NCBI GenBank assembly: GCA_032161105.1
Contig: JAVHTD010000015.1
Length of the DNA stretch: 64,000 bases
Direction: 5' to 3' (one strand)
Origin: Candidatus Thermosaccharophagus tengchongensis
Lineage (GTDB): Bacteria; Armatimonadota; Fervidibacteria; Fervidibacterales; Thermosaccharophagaceae
Shown here piece after piece: positions 30,265 to 40,414 of this stretch. Each line of letters begins with the position of its first letter. Positions within the stretch are counted from its first letter, which is position 1. Below the pieces are notes generated by a model. That model was not told where the DNA came from. It saw only the letters and a list, made by a program, of their open reading frames with translations, and did not search any database. The position numbers and the translations under genes were made by a program.

Positions 30265-30341
30265 CGCGGGGTGGAGCAGTCAGGTAGCTCGCTGGGCTCA
30301 TAACCCAGAGGTCGCCGGTTCAAATCCGGCCCCCGCCACCA
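30265..30341 (+). tRNA. Initiator tRNA-fMet (CAT)
   Basis: C1 unpaired with position 72, GGG/CCC in the anticodon stem, CAT anticodon, encoded CCA. Confidence 0.96.
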
Positions 30342-30413
30342 TTTTCTTTTTGAATGCTCTCGGTGAGGCGCATTAACCCCTTCCAACTTCTCGGGCAGGA
30401 GGTATGTAAGGAG

Positions 30414-30854
30414 ATGACAAACGCGCCTGAGGAGCGTGAGGGTAAGGCGCCTTATGCTGAACCACCCGCGCACCACTGCGAGATGCACGATGAACCGAGA
30501 GAAGAGAGCCCCAAAGAGGTTAAAAGCGAACAGCAAGTGGAAGGGGAAAAACAGTATGAGCCGGTTGCGTTCTTGCCCCTGAGCAAATTGAGCGTCCTCA
30601 ACGCCGTCAACTTCATACTGGACTTGCTCATTGAATATGCATGGCAGAAGATGGGCTTGGTCGCCAACCCGATCACCGGCAAGATTGAACGCGATATTGA
30701 GGAGGCTCGCTTTGCGATTGATACAATTGCCGTCTTACTTGAGCACATCAAGCCGAAGCTTGATGGGCGAAAGTATGACCAACTGCGCCAGACCCTTACG
30801 ACACTGCGCATTAATTTCGTTGAGCAGGCAAGCAAGGGTGAGAGCGAATCATGA
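30414..30854 (+). CDS. DUF1844 domain-containing protein
   Basis: AWQKMGLVANPITG...D.EEARFAIDT...L...L..LRINFV. Confidence 0.8.
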   Translation: MTNAPEEREGKAPYAEPPAHHCEMHDEPREESPKEVKSEQQVEGEKQYEPVAFLPLSKLSVLNAVNFILDLLIEYAWQKMGLVANPITGKIERDIEEARFAIDTIAVLLEHIKPKLDGRKYDQLRQTLTTLRINFVEQASKGESES

Positions 30855-30886
30855 GGCATAACTCAACGGCATTGGGGGTGAGTGGC

Positions 30887-31675
30887 ATGGAAGTCATCGT
30901 CCTCAAGGACGCCGAATTGGTCGGCAAGGAGGCAGCAAAGATGATTGCCGAATTGATAAGGCGCAAGCCGAATGCAGTGCTTGGGCTGGCTACTGGCTCA
31001 ACTCCGGAGCCATGTTACGCTGAACTTATCCGAATGCACAAAGAGGAAGGGCTTGACTTCTCTCAGGTGACCACATTCAACCTTGACGAATACTACCCGA
31101 TTGACCCGAGGCATGAGCAAAGCTACCGCTATTACATGGACACGAAGCTGTTCAATCACATCAACATCAACAAGGCAAACACATATGTCCCGTATGGGCT
31201 TGCACCAGACCCAGACGAACACTGCCGGTGGTATGAGGAGCAAATAAAGCGCGCTGGCGGAATTGACCTTCAGATACTGGGCATCGGACACAATGGTCAT
31301 ATCGCATTCAACGAGCCGGGCTCATCATTTGCCTCTCGCACACGCCTCGTCGTCTTAACAGCCGAGACGATAAAGGCTAACTCGCGCTTCTTTGAGCGTG
31401 AGGAGGATGTGCCAAGATACGCCCTCACAATGGGCATAGGGACAATACTTGAGGCGAGGAAAATAGTGCTGCTTGCAACTGGCGAGGGGAAAGCCGACGC
31501 TGTTGCTGCTGCAATTGAAGGTCCGATAACGACTATGTGCCCAGCTTCAGCATTGCAACTTCATCCGGATGTGACATTCATCTTGGACGAAGGTGCTGCA
31601 TCAAAGCTCAAGCGGCGTGACTATTACGAGCATTGCAGGAAACTGCTAAGCGAACTCAAGGCAAAAAGGACATAG
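30887..31675 (+). CDS. nagB: Glucosamine-6-phosphate deaminase
   Basis: LGLATGSTP, TFNLDEY, GIGHNGHIAFNEPG, TMGIGTI, PASALQLH. Confidence 0.96.
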   Translation: MEVIVLKDAELVGKEAAKMIAELIRRKPNAVLGLATGSTPEPCYAELIRMHKEEGLDFSQVTTFNLDEYYPIDPRHEQSYRYYMDTKLFNHININKANTYVPYGLAPDPDEHCRWYEEQIKRAGGIDLQILGIGHNGHIAFNEPGSSFASRTRLVVLTAETIKANSRFFEREEDVPRYALTMGIGTILEARKIVLLATGEGKADAVAAAIEGPITTMCPASALQLHPDVTFILDEGAASKLKRRDYYEHCRKLLSELKAKRT

Positions 31676-31703
31676 CGAGTGATGGCATTCCACATCCGGC
31701 TTA

Positions 31704-33545
31704 TTAACCATCGCATTGAGTAAGTGCCTGATATATGACAGCACCCTCGCAGTTGCGCGGATATGGTATGCCCATAAGGAAGCACACAGTTGGAACGATG
31801 TCGGTAAGCCAGACTGTGCGATATAGCCGGCAACCAGACTTAATTCCCGGACCAAAGAGGATGAGCAAGCCGCGCATTGAATGGCGTGAGTATTGCGCCG
31901 TCGGCAGTTGCTGACCATGCTCACCACCATAACCCGGTTTCACCGCATACACCACATCGCCAATCGCATCCCCGTAGATGCCGAATGGGCGTGCGTCCTC
32001 TTTCCGCAGCGCCAAAAGTATTGGGCGTTCACCGGTGTTTGGGTCACGCCAAGTCAAAAGCGCCTCAATGATTTCATCGCGCACGCGCTCATAATCTTCA
32101 CCCGGTTCCACAATGCCATTTGGGTTGCGCCCCTTGAGGTTGACATAGATGTAAACCGAGCGTTGAGGGAATGCCTTCGTCCTTTCCCAATCAACCACCT
32201 CTCTCCCGGTCTGCTCATCCGTTTTGGTCGCAAGTAAGCCGGCATCACGCAGTATGTTCATAACGGGCACGCGGCTGAATGGGCTTGGCAGGGCGCCGTG
32301 ATCGGAGACGATGACGATAAGCGCTTCCTCACCAGCCGATGAAATCACTCGCCCAATCATTCGGTCAACGCTCACATACGACCTTCGTATAACTTCAAGC
32401 GCCTTTAAACGCACACTCTCATCTTGTGTGCAGGATGGGTCTGAACGCTTCATGAGCGAATGGTATATCCAATCGGGACAGTGGGCGTGCATGAAGAAGA
32501 GCTTCCAATCAACGGTTTGCATCATGTATTCAGCTGCCTCAGCAAGCCATCGGTGATGCATCTCCAACTCCTCAATGAATGTATCGTCGTCAATCCAGCC
32601 GAGATTAAAGGCAAAGAATGGCTCATGCGCCGGCAATGGCATGCCATCATTCACTGGGAGCGCCCGAGCAACATCACTTGGGTATGACCACCCATCAAGC
32701 TGGCAGAGGGCAGTCATGTAAAGCTTTGTGTTCTCACCCCCGTGAGACAGCTCAAGCAACTTTGCTTTGAAGACAGCCTCCTTAACTCCGTCGTCGGTCT
32801 CAAATGAATCCCTCAGGATGGGGCTCCATTCGTTCGGCTTAAGCAAAGCAAGCCTGTCGTTAAAATCCTTTGAGCGACAAAGGGCACACTGCCAGTTGCC
32901 ATCTGTGGATTTGAAGATGAGCAAGTGATACGACTTTTGAACCAGTGTGTATTTTGAGCGCCTCTGCGCAATGGGCAGCTCACACTCAAGCGCGCCATCA
33001 AATGGGTTGTTTGCCCAACCACTTGCCGGGCGCACTTGAACTTGCGTTGCCTGAGGATACTCTTCCGTTGAGAAGAGCTGACACCCATTCACAGTGACGC
33101 CATACTCCAAGCCCTTAAGACGCCATTCATTGATGGACAACCCGGCACCGCCAATTTGAACTCCGAGCTTTAACCTCGGCGGCCATGTTGATGGGTAGTT
33201 GAGGATAATGCTCGCCATACCAACCTTTTCAGCTGCTTCCCAAATGTATTCAGCCCTGCAATCATTTGAATCAAATGCCGGACGGATGACATTTAGCGGC
33301 TCACCCAAGTCATGGATGTGAAAGCATGTTATTCCGTGCGTGCCGGGGAATGCACCAGTGACTATGCTCGTCCAATTCGGCGGCGTAATTGTTGGGAATG
33401 GCACAAGACAATGCTCGCAAAATGTCCCGCCCTGAATGAGCTTAGAGATATTCGGCATGTCCCCGGAGTAAGCGTAACGGAGTATGTCCTCAACCGTCGG
33501 CGCATCCAAACCAATGAGCACAAGCTTCTCTGGCTTCCCTTCCAT
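31704..33545 (-). CDS. Alkaline phosphatase superfamily, type I phosphodiesterase/nucleotide pyrophosphatase
   Basis: LIGLDA, PTITPPNWTSIVTG..PG.HG, D..YH, VSDHG, DIVPT; strong RBS. Confidence 0.85.
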   Translation of the reverse strand: MEGKPEKLVLIGLDAPTVEDILRYAYSGDMPNISKLIQGGTFCEHCLVPFPTITPPNWTSIVTGAFPGTHGITCFHIHDLGEPLNVIRPAFDSNDCRAEYIWEAAEKVGMASIILNYPSTWPPRLKLGVQIGGAGLSINEWRLKGLEYGVTVNGCQLFSTEEYPQATQVQVRPASGWANNPFDGALECELPIAQRRSKYTLVQKSYHLLIFKSTDGNWQCALCRSKDFNDRLALLKPNEWSPILRDSFETDDGVKEAVFKAKLLELSHGGENTKLYMTALCQLDGWSYPSDVARALPVNDGMPLPAHEPFFAFNLGWIDDDTFIEELEMHHRWLAEAAEYMMQTVDWKLFFMHAHCPDWIYHSLMKRSDPSCTQDESVRLKALEVIRRSYVSVDRMIGRVISSAGEEALIVIVSDHGALPSPFSRVPVMNILRDAGLLATKTDEQTGREVVDWERTKAFPQRSVYIYVNLKGRNPNGIVEPGEDYERVRDEIIEALLTWRDPNTGERPILLALRKEDARPFGIYGDAIGDVVYAVKPGYGGEHGQQLPTAQYSRHSMRGLLILFGPGIKSGCRLYRTVWLTDIVPTVCFLMGIPYPRNCEGAVIYQALTQCDG

Positions 33546-33764
33546 TCTCACACCACCTCCTCCGTTAGGTGACCGCAACACAAAACAAGGTTGACACACA
33601 CGCTGCACACGGTGAAGCGCACATGCTTATCACTTGCTGTATGGAGGCGAGGAAGCCACTGGAAAGCTTTATGGCTATGATTAAGCATCCGTTGTGGCTT
33701 TGCAAGCCTTTGCATCATAATCAAACCTTAAGGGACACGCAACGGATGTTTGGGGGTGGGACAA

Positions 33765-36290
33765 ATGCTGTTTTGCGTTACAACGCTGCTTGTGGCATCG
33801 TTAAACTCGCAATTCGCCGATGACTTTGATTTGGCTGTGCTTCACAAGCGTTGGCGATGGCATGCACCATCTGGCGGCGAATATTCGCTCAAAGACAACA
33901 GAGGGTGGCTGAGAATATCGCTCCCAAAGCGCAAGGGCGGCTTTAACCATTGGCATGGAGTCTTTGATGCGCCGATGTTGCTCACAGATGTTGAGGGCAA
34001 TTTCGCCATCCAGACGAGGATGAGACTCGTCAAATACGCCGATGCCAACTTCCACACAGGCTTAGTGGTAGCTCACTCAACAAAGTATCTCACCATCTTC
34101 GGACCATACTGCTCACCAGCCCTATGGAAGATGAAGCGCCCAGAAATTTGGCTTGAGCGCACAGGCGAGGGCAGGTTAGCTGTAGCGCCGATGAAGTCGG
34201 ATGAAATCTCCTTGCGAGTTGAGGTGCGCGGCTATGAGCTTGTGGCGTTTTGCGGTGCTGAGGGGGATTGGCGTAGGGTGGCGACGATGCGCCTTTGGTT
34301 CAAGCCGACAATGGTTGGGTTGATCGCAAAGACTTGGGGAGACGAAAGTGAACTCGCCGTTGACTTTGACTACTTCAAGCTTGAACCAATTGAAACCACA
34401 ACCCAAGCTGATGTGCTGGACATAAATGTCAATGTGGATGCGAGGAGACGCCTTAACGAAATCAACGCGATGATTTACGGGCATTTCATTGAGCACCTTG
34501 GAAGGTGTATCTACGGCGGCATATGGGCTGAGATGCTTTACAACCGCAAGTTCACTGGCACAAGCCGTGATGGTGTCGTTGAGGGTTGGAGGCAAATTGG
34601 CAGTGGCGCAAGTTACTCTCCCGACAACACCACTTTTTATGTTGGCGGGCAGGCACAGCGGATAGACGGGCATGACGAACAGGAGCACGGTATCGCGCAG
34701 GATGGCTTGGAGATTGAGCCAAAGGCTTATGTTGGTAGGGTGGTGGTTCGCGGCGATGATGTTAAGTCAATAACGGTTTCACTCCGCTCCGGCGATCAAA
34801 TCCTCGCATCGCAGAAGCTGGTCGGGGTCACAAACAGGTGGCGCAAGCTGCAATTCAGGCTTGAGCCAAAGGCTGCATCAAGCAATGCCTCGTTCGCCAT
34901 AACTTTCAAGGGCAAGGGGACACTGCACATAGGTGCTGCATCGCTCATGCCCGCCGACAACATTTATGGCATGCGCAGGGATGTCATAGAAGCCATCAAA
35001 GCAATAAGACCTCCCATAATCCGCTGGCCGGGCGGCAACTTTGTATCCGGCTACCATTGGCGTGATGGAATTGGAGACCCAGACAAGCGCCCACCGCGTT
35101 GGGACAGGGCTTGGAATGCATGGGAGTGGAACGACTTCGGCACGGATGAGTTCATTCGCTTTTGCAAGTTGGTTGGGTGCGAACCATACATATGTGTAAA
35201 CGCCGGGGAAGGTTATGCCGATGAGGCTGCTGAGTGGGTTGAGTATTGCAATGGCTCACCGGACACGCGCTGGGGGAGCGTAAGGGCGCTTAATGGCAAT
35301 AGGGAGCCATACAAAGTGCGCTACTTCGGCATCGGAAACGAAATGTATGGCAACTGGCAACTTGGTCACCTTGATGCCGTTAAGTATGCGCTTAAGTCAA
35401 TTGAATTCGCTTTGGCAATGAAGCGCGTTGACAGGTCAATCAAGCTCATTGAGGTCGGCGTTGATGGCGCCGGATGGAATGGTTGGAATGAAAAGGTGGT
35501 CAAGATAGCCGGAGCGCACTTTGACATGCTCTCCGTGCACTATTACCAGGGCTATAACGCAAACGATGACCCCTTGCTCATCTACACAACGGTTGCATCC
35601 GCACCTGCGCGAATTGAAAGGATGCTAAACGAGGTGGCTCAGATAATTGAGCACAACAAACCGAAGGGGAAGCGCATCACGATCGCTTTTGATGAGTGGA
35701 ATGTCTGGATGCCACATCAAACGGCACAAGCTGGCTTGGAGGGCTACTATACGCTTCGTGACGGCATATTCGCAGCCGGCGTATTTCATGCCCTCCACAG
35801 GCTCGGCGGCATCGTTGAGATGGCAAACTTGGCGCAGCTTGTGAATGTGCTCGGGGCAATAAGGACAACGCAAACAAAACTGCTGCTGACCCCGATCTAT
35901 CACGCCTTTGCGATGTATGTTCACGGGACGGGTAAATGGCGTCTTCAGTGCGAGTATGACTCGCCAAAGCTTTCATCTCCAACGGCTGCCGATGTTGATG
36001 CGGTTGACCTAAGCGCGACTTTGAGCGAGGATGGAAAGAGGCTATTCATTGCGGCTATCAACCGTCACCCTGAGATGGGCGCAAGGCTGCACCTCAAGAT
36101 TGATGGCTTCAAGCCAAAGGAGAGCGTATGGCTTGAGCTGATGACAAGCGCCTCGTTCAACGATGCAAACAAATTTGAGTCACCGGATGTGGTCAAGCCG
36201 CGCAGGGAGCGCATATCGTTGGATGACGCTTTCAAATTCACGCTGCCGAAGCACTCAATTGCCATATTGCAGTTTGAGGCGAAATCATAA
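33765..36290 (+). CDS. Secreted GH51 alpha-L-arabinofuranosidase with N-terminal beta-sandwich domain
   Basis: YGHFIEHLGRCIYGG, RWPGGNF, FGTDEF, GNEMYG (acid/base), FDEWNVW (nucleophile), ANLAQLVN. Confidence 0.9.
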   Translation: MLFCVTTLLVASLNSQFADDFDLAVLHKRWRWHAPSGGEYSLKDNRGWLRISLPKRKGGFNHWHGVFDAPMLLTDVEGNFAIQTRMRLVKYADANFHTGLVVAHSTKYLTIFGPYCSPALWKMKRPEIWLERTGEGRLAVAPMKSDEISLRVEVRGYELVAFCGAEGDWRRVATMRLWFKPTMVGLIAKTWGDESELAVDFDYFKLEPIETTTQADVLDINVNVDARRRLNEINAMIYGHFIEHLGRCIYGGIWAEMLYNRKFTGTSRDGVVEGWRQIGSGASYSPDNTTFYVGGQAQRIDGHDEQEHGIAQDGLEIEPKAYVGRVVVRGDDVKSITVSLRSGDQILASQKLVGVTNRWRKLQFRLEPKAASSNASFAITFKGKGTLHIGAASLMPADNIYGMRRDVIEAIKAIRPPIIRWPGGNFVSGYHWRDGIGDPDKRPPRWDRAWNAWEWNDFGTDEFIRFCKLVGCEPYICVNAGEGYADEAAEWVEYCNGSPDTRWGSVRALNGNREPYKVRYFGIGNEMYGNWQLGHLDAVKYALKSIEFALAMKRVDRSIKLIEVGVDGAGWNGWNEKVVKIAGAHFDMLSVHYYQGYNANDDPLLIYTTVASAPARIERMLNEVAQIIEHNKPKGKRITIAFDEWNVWMPHQTAQAGLEGYYTLRDGIFAAGVFHALHRLGGIVEMANLAQLVNVLGAIRTTQTKLLLTPIYHAFAMYVHGTGKWRLQCEYDSPKLSSPTAADVDAVDLSATLSEDGKRLFIAAINRHPEMGARLHLKIDGFKPKESVWLELMTSASFNDANKFESPDVVKPRRERISLDDAFKFTLPKHSIAILQFEAKS

Positions 36291-36364
36291 ACTTGGCTTT
36301 GGGAAAGCGCATAGAGTGCCCTCATAAGGTGAGCCGCACTTAACAATGTGAGGGGTGAAAGCCA

Positions 36365-38071
36365 ATGGACGGCGGCACTGTGAGCCTCATTTGCATGGCG
36401 GCGTTCATAGTGGCGTATGCCCTCTACGGACGCTTCCTCGGAAGGAGGGTCTTCTCACTCCGTGATGATGTAACAACACCAGCGCATGTGCTTTACGATG
36501 GCATTGACTATGTCCCAGCGCACCCAATGATACTTTACGGGCATCACTTCGCATCAATCGCCGGTCTCGGTCCAATCATAGGACCGGCAATAGCGGCAAT
36601 TTGGGGATGGCTACCGGCTTTGCTCTGGATAGTGTTTGGAACGATCTTCGTCGGAGCTGTCCATGACTTGAGTGTGCTCTCCACATCAATTCGTCATGGC
36701 GCTCACTCAATTGGAGATATAGCTGTCCGAGTCATCGGGAAAAGGGCGCGCCTTCTCTTCTTGGCTTTCATCTTCTTTGCGCTGTCGCTCGCTATGGGCG
36801 TATTCGTGCTGCAAATTTCAAAGTTGTTTGCACCACCACCGCCGGGTGAGTGGTCAGTTCCTGAGGCAGTCCTTCCAAGTGTCGCGTTGATTGCGCTTGC
36901 CGTCGCCTTCGGCATACTGCGTTTTAGGTATGGTTTCAACCTGACCGCCCTGACTTGCGTCGGTTTTGTTCTCATGATGCTTTGCGTCATCATCGGAACA
37001 AAGACCCCGATAACTTCAATCTTGGGTCTGGAGATGACACCGGAAGCTTGGAGCTACCTGCTCCTCGCATATGCCTACTTGGCATCGCTCCTTCCCGTGT
37101 GGTTGCTCCTTCAGCCGAGGGATTATCTCAACTCGTATCTGCTCTACTTGGGGATGCTGCTCCTTATTGTCGGTGTTGTCCTTTGGAGACCGCAAATTGT
37201 AGCTCCGGCGATAAATCGCAGTGTGCCGGACTTGAGACCAATATTCCCCGTGCTCTTCATAACTGTGGCTTGCGGTGCAGTCTCCGGATTTCACTCGCTT
37301 GTCTCATCCGGAACAACTGCAAAACAACTTGATAAGGAGACGCATGCCATCCCAATCGCCTACGGCGGCATGCTCACCGAGGGTATGTTAGCTGTGCTTG
37401 TCCTGATGGCTTGCGTGGCTGGCTTTGGGGCATACGATGAATGGCTAAAGCATTACAGCTCACACAAGCAAGCCAGTGATATGGGGTTGCTCAACTTCAT
37501 CGCCGCAGCTTCAAATGTGCTATCGCATGTTGGCATACCGACGCATGGCGGCAGAGTGCTCATTGCAACTGTTGCAGTCAGCTTTGCTCTGACGACGCTT
37601 GACACCGCAACGAGGCTGCTTAGATACAATGTTGAGGAACTCGCACAGAGCCTTCACATCACCCCATTAACAAACCGCTACATTTCAAGCCTTGTTGCCG
37701 TTGCAGCCATAGGCTTCTTTGCGCTGCTTCGCTTTGGCGGTAAGCCAGTTGGGTTTGTGCTATGGCAACTCTTCGGCGCTTCAAATCAATTGCTCGCAGC
37801 GCTCGCCCTCCTCACTGTCACCCTTTACCTGCGCCAACTCGGCAAGCAGACCATCTTCACACTTCTTCCAATGCTGTTCATGTGCGCCGTTACAGTTAGC
37901 GCCCTTGTGGCGAACTTGCTCGCATTCATAAGGGAGGGCAACATACCTTTGCTCATTACCGACGCATGCCTTCTCATCCTTGCTGGGTGGCTTATCGCAG
38001 AAGCGCTCATCTCCATCGTCACGATGGGTGTGGCTTTAAGGACAACACAGCGCAATGGAAACTCGTCCTAA
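36365..38071 (+). CDS. cstA: Carbon starvation protein CstA family transporter
   Basis: TPAH...DG.DYVP, GHHFASIAG.GPI.GP, LPVWLLLQPRDYL, CGAVSGFHSL.SSGTT.KQ, WQLFGASNQL. Confidence 0.93.
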   Translation: MDGGTVSLICMAAFIVAYALYGRFLGRRVFSLRDDVTTPAHVLYDGIDYVPAHPMILYGHHFASIAGLGPIIGPAIAAIWGWLPALLWIVFGTIFVGAVHDLSVLSTSIRHGAHSIGDIAVRVIGKRARLLFLAFIFFALSLAMGVFVLQISKLFAPPPPGEWSVPEAVLPSVALIALAVAFGILRFRYGFNLTALTCVGFVLMMLCVIIGTKTPITSILGLEMTPEAWSYLLLAYAYLASLLPVWLLLQPRDYLNSYLLYLGMLLLIVGVVLWRPQIVAPAINRSVPDLRPIFPVLFITVACGAVSGFHSLVSSGTTAKQLDKETHAIPIAYGGMLTEGMLAVLVLMACVAGFGAYDEWLKHYSSHKQASDMGLLNFIAAASNVLSHVGIPTHGGRVLIATVAVSFALTTLDTATRLLRYNVEELAQSLHITPLTNRYISSLVAVAAIGFFALLRFGGKPVGFVLWQLFGASNQLLAALALLTVTLYLRQLGKQTIFTLLPMLFMCAVTVSALVANLLAFIREGNIPLLITDACLLILAGWLIAEALISIVTMGVALRTTQRNGNSS

Positions 38072-38192
38072 CAAATGAAGTCCCGAAAGCCATCAAGCAT
38101 TTAGCGATTCTTTGTGGGCGCATCCAAAGCGTGACAAATGAGCCATAACAACTCCTGTGGTGAAGTGGCATCTTGTAAGGCGGTGAGCTCCC

Positions 38193-40307
38193 ATGTGTGA
38201 AGATGATGAATGCTACCCTGACAAGGCAAACATACCGCTGTGCCTTCATCCGATGTTTCTCGCCCTTGCTGTCCTTGCGCTGAACCTGATGCGAGCAACT
38301 TTTTGTGTGGCTCATGAGCGCCCGCCATTTGAAGTTATGGGTGTGAATGAGCGATACGAGCTTGTCATCCCGTTAGTTAATGAGCTCCCCAAAATTGATG
38401 GATTGATTGAGGAGCCCATATGGGCAATGGCTGCATGCGCAAGCGGGTTTAGGCAAGTCTTTCCATACCGCGGTATGCCAGCATCAAGGGAGACAACCGT
38501 TCTTGTAGTTGCCACAAAAGATGCCCTACATTTTGCCTTCCGATGCGCTATAGGGAGAAGGGAGAGCTTGCGCGTTTACGAAACGAGATATGACGCAGAT
38601 ATGTATGGCGATGAGCGTGTGACAGTTTCCTTAGACACAATGCACACCCACGACCGCACATTTGAATTTACGGTCAATGCCCGCGGCACGAAATCCGATG
38701 CCAGATTCGGCAATAGGCGTTGGAACGGGATTTGGGATGCGGCGGCGGTTATTTCCGAGAATGAATGGGTCGCAGAAATATCAATCCCATTCCGAACCCT
38801 CACATACGACCCGAAGGTGCAAAGTTGGGGGATCAACTTCTGGCGATACATAAGCGAGACACAAGAGTTATGCGGATGGGCATTTAATCCGGATAGACCA
38901 TTTGATGAGAGCTACATGCCACACATAATTGTGCCGCTGGGCAGCGAGAGCAACACCGATGGCGTAATAAGGCTTCAGAACAAGTTTTTCACGGTTGTCA
39001 AATACGACGCCGACGAGAATGATATAGGTAACATGTATGGTCTGGATGGCGAATGGATGATGCGCACAAACACTTCACTCAGGTTTGTCCTGAAGCCCGA
39101 CTTCAGCGAGGCTGAAGAGGCGTTTGAGGGCATTGATGTGACATATGTTGAGCAGTTTCTCCCGGATAGAAGGGAGTTCTTCGTTCAGGGGAGCGAATTC
39201 TTCGGCGATGTCTCTCCAACGCTGTTTTATTCGCGGCGGATAAAGAGGTTTGATGCGGGCTTAAAGTTAACCGGCACATTGAAGGAAACGCGCTTCGGCG
39301 TCCTAACGACGCACGACTTTAAAGACGGAAGGCATTGCATTGCCTTGGACATCAACCACACGCCCAACACCAAGACGAGGCTGGCAATCGGCTATGTTGA
39401 TGCTCTACTTGGTGGCGGACACAATCGCGGCTTTTGCGCTGAGGGAAGAATACGCTTTGGAAAACACGATCGCTTCTCACTTTCCGGTGAGTATGCGCGC
39501 CACTTCTCATCGGAAGATGAAAGGGACGGCGATTCGTTTGGGGCAAGGCTGCGTTACTATGACGGTCGTTGGTCAGCATCCGTTAACTACTCCCAAGTGT
39601 CGCCAAATTTTAACCCATTGCTGGGCTATGCTCCAAGAAGGGACTTCAAGCAATGGTCATTCAGCTTGGGCAGGGATTTTCAACCGAGGAAACGATCAAA
39701 CTATCGCGGCGCCAGCATGTGGATGCGCTACGGGTTTGGTGAAACATACTCGGGAGCGTTTTTCAATCGCTCTTACAGTTGCGGGTTTAATGTCACGCTT
39801 CTCAACCATTTGAACTTGGGCATGAGCTTCAACAGGAACAAACATGCCGAGTATCACATCCGAGAGGAACCATTTGACGATTATTCGTTTTCCGCATGGG
39901 CTTCGCTTGGTGGCAATAGGGCTTTCCGTTGGGGTGGCGATTATACAATAGGGAGGGCATTTGATGGACATTACCATCAATATTCGCTGTCGCTCGGTTG
40001 GACGAAGCCAGACGGCAGTTGGCGCATCGCGTGCGAGTGGTCGCAAAGGAGACATAAGTTGCCCGGGGAGCAAGGGAGGAAGGTAGAGTCAGTTGAGCTG
40101 AACTTGACGCGCATTTTGAGCGGGGATAAATGGCTCAGCCTGCGCTACTTTCACAGGGGCGGAGATTACACCGTGAATAACTTTGCGCTGGCGTTCCGCA
40201 TAAAGCGCGAGAGCGGTGAGGAGCTTTACTTCATCTTGGGTGACCCAAGGGCGAGGAGTGTGCGAAAGAGTTTCATCATTAAGTGGCTCTTACCATTTTC
40301 GCTTTAA
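38193..40307 (+). CDS. CBM9-like / DUF5916 domain protein, probably an outer-membrane beta-barrel
   Basis: PKIDG.I.E..W, W.AEISIPF, PDFS..E, E.F.P.RREFF.QG, LFYSRRI; beta-strand-rich aromatic C-terminal half. Confidence 0.75.
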   Translation: MCEDDECYPDKANIPLCLHPMFLALAVLALNLMRATFCVAHERPPFEVMGVNERYELVIPLVNELPKIDGLIEEPIWAMAACASGFRQVFPYRGMPASRETTVLVVATKDALHFAFRCAIGRRESLRVYETRYDADMYGDERVTVSLDTMHTHDRTFEFTVNARGTKSDARFGNRRWNGIWDAAAVISENEWVAEISIPFRTLTYDPKVQSWGINFWRYISETQELCGWAFNPDRPFDESYMPHIIVPLGSESNTDGVIRLQNKFFTVVKYDADENDIGNMYGLDGEWMMRTNTSLRFVLKPDFSEAEEAFEGIDVTYVEQFLPDRREFFVQGSEFFGDVSPTLFYSRRIKRFDAGLKLTGTLKETRFGVLTTHDFKDGRHCIALDINHTPNTKTRLAIGYVDALLGGGHNRGFCAEGRIRFGKHDRFSLSGEYARHFSSEDERDGDSFGARLRYYDGRWSASVNYSQVSPNFNPLLGYAPRRDFKQWSFSLGRDFQPRKRSNYRGASMWMRYGFGETYSGAFFNRSYSCGFNVTLLNHLNLGMSFNRNKHAEYHIREEPFDDYSFSAWASLGGNRAFRWGGDYTIGRAFDGHYHQYSLSLGWTKPDGSWRIACEWSQRRHKLPGEQGRKVESVELNLTRILSGDKWLSLRYFHRGGDYTVNNFALAFRIKRESGEELYFILGDPRARSVRKSFIIKWLLPFSL

Positions 40308-40414
40308 TGCGGCTGAGTTGCTCCGCTGAGCAGTTGCTGTGAAGCAACTTAGCGGCGCATCAATGGGGATGCGACACCTTAAGCGAGATCGCAAAAGTGC
40401 AGGGGTGAAGCGCA

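Noticed and set aside
40311..40352. Hairpin GCTGAGTTGCT...AGCAACTTAGC between the DUF5916 and esterase genes
   Set aside because: Single copy with no U-tract; most simply an mRNA stability or termination element, with too little evidence for more.
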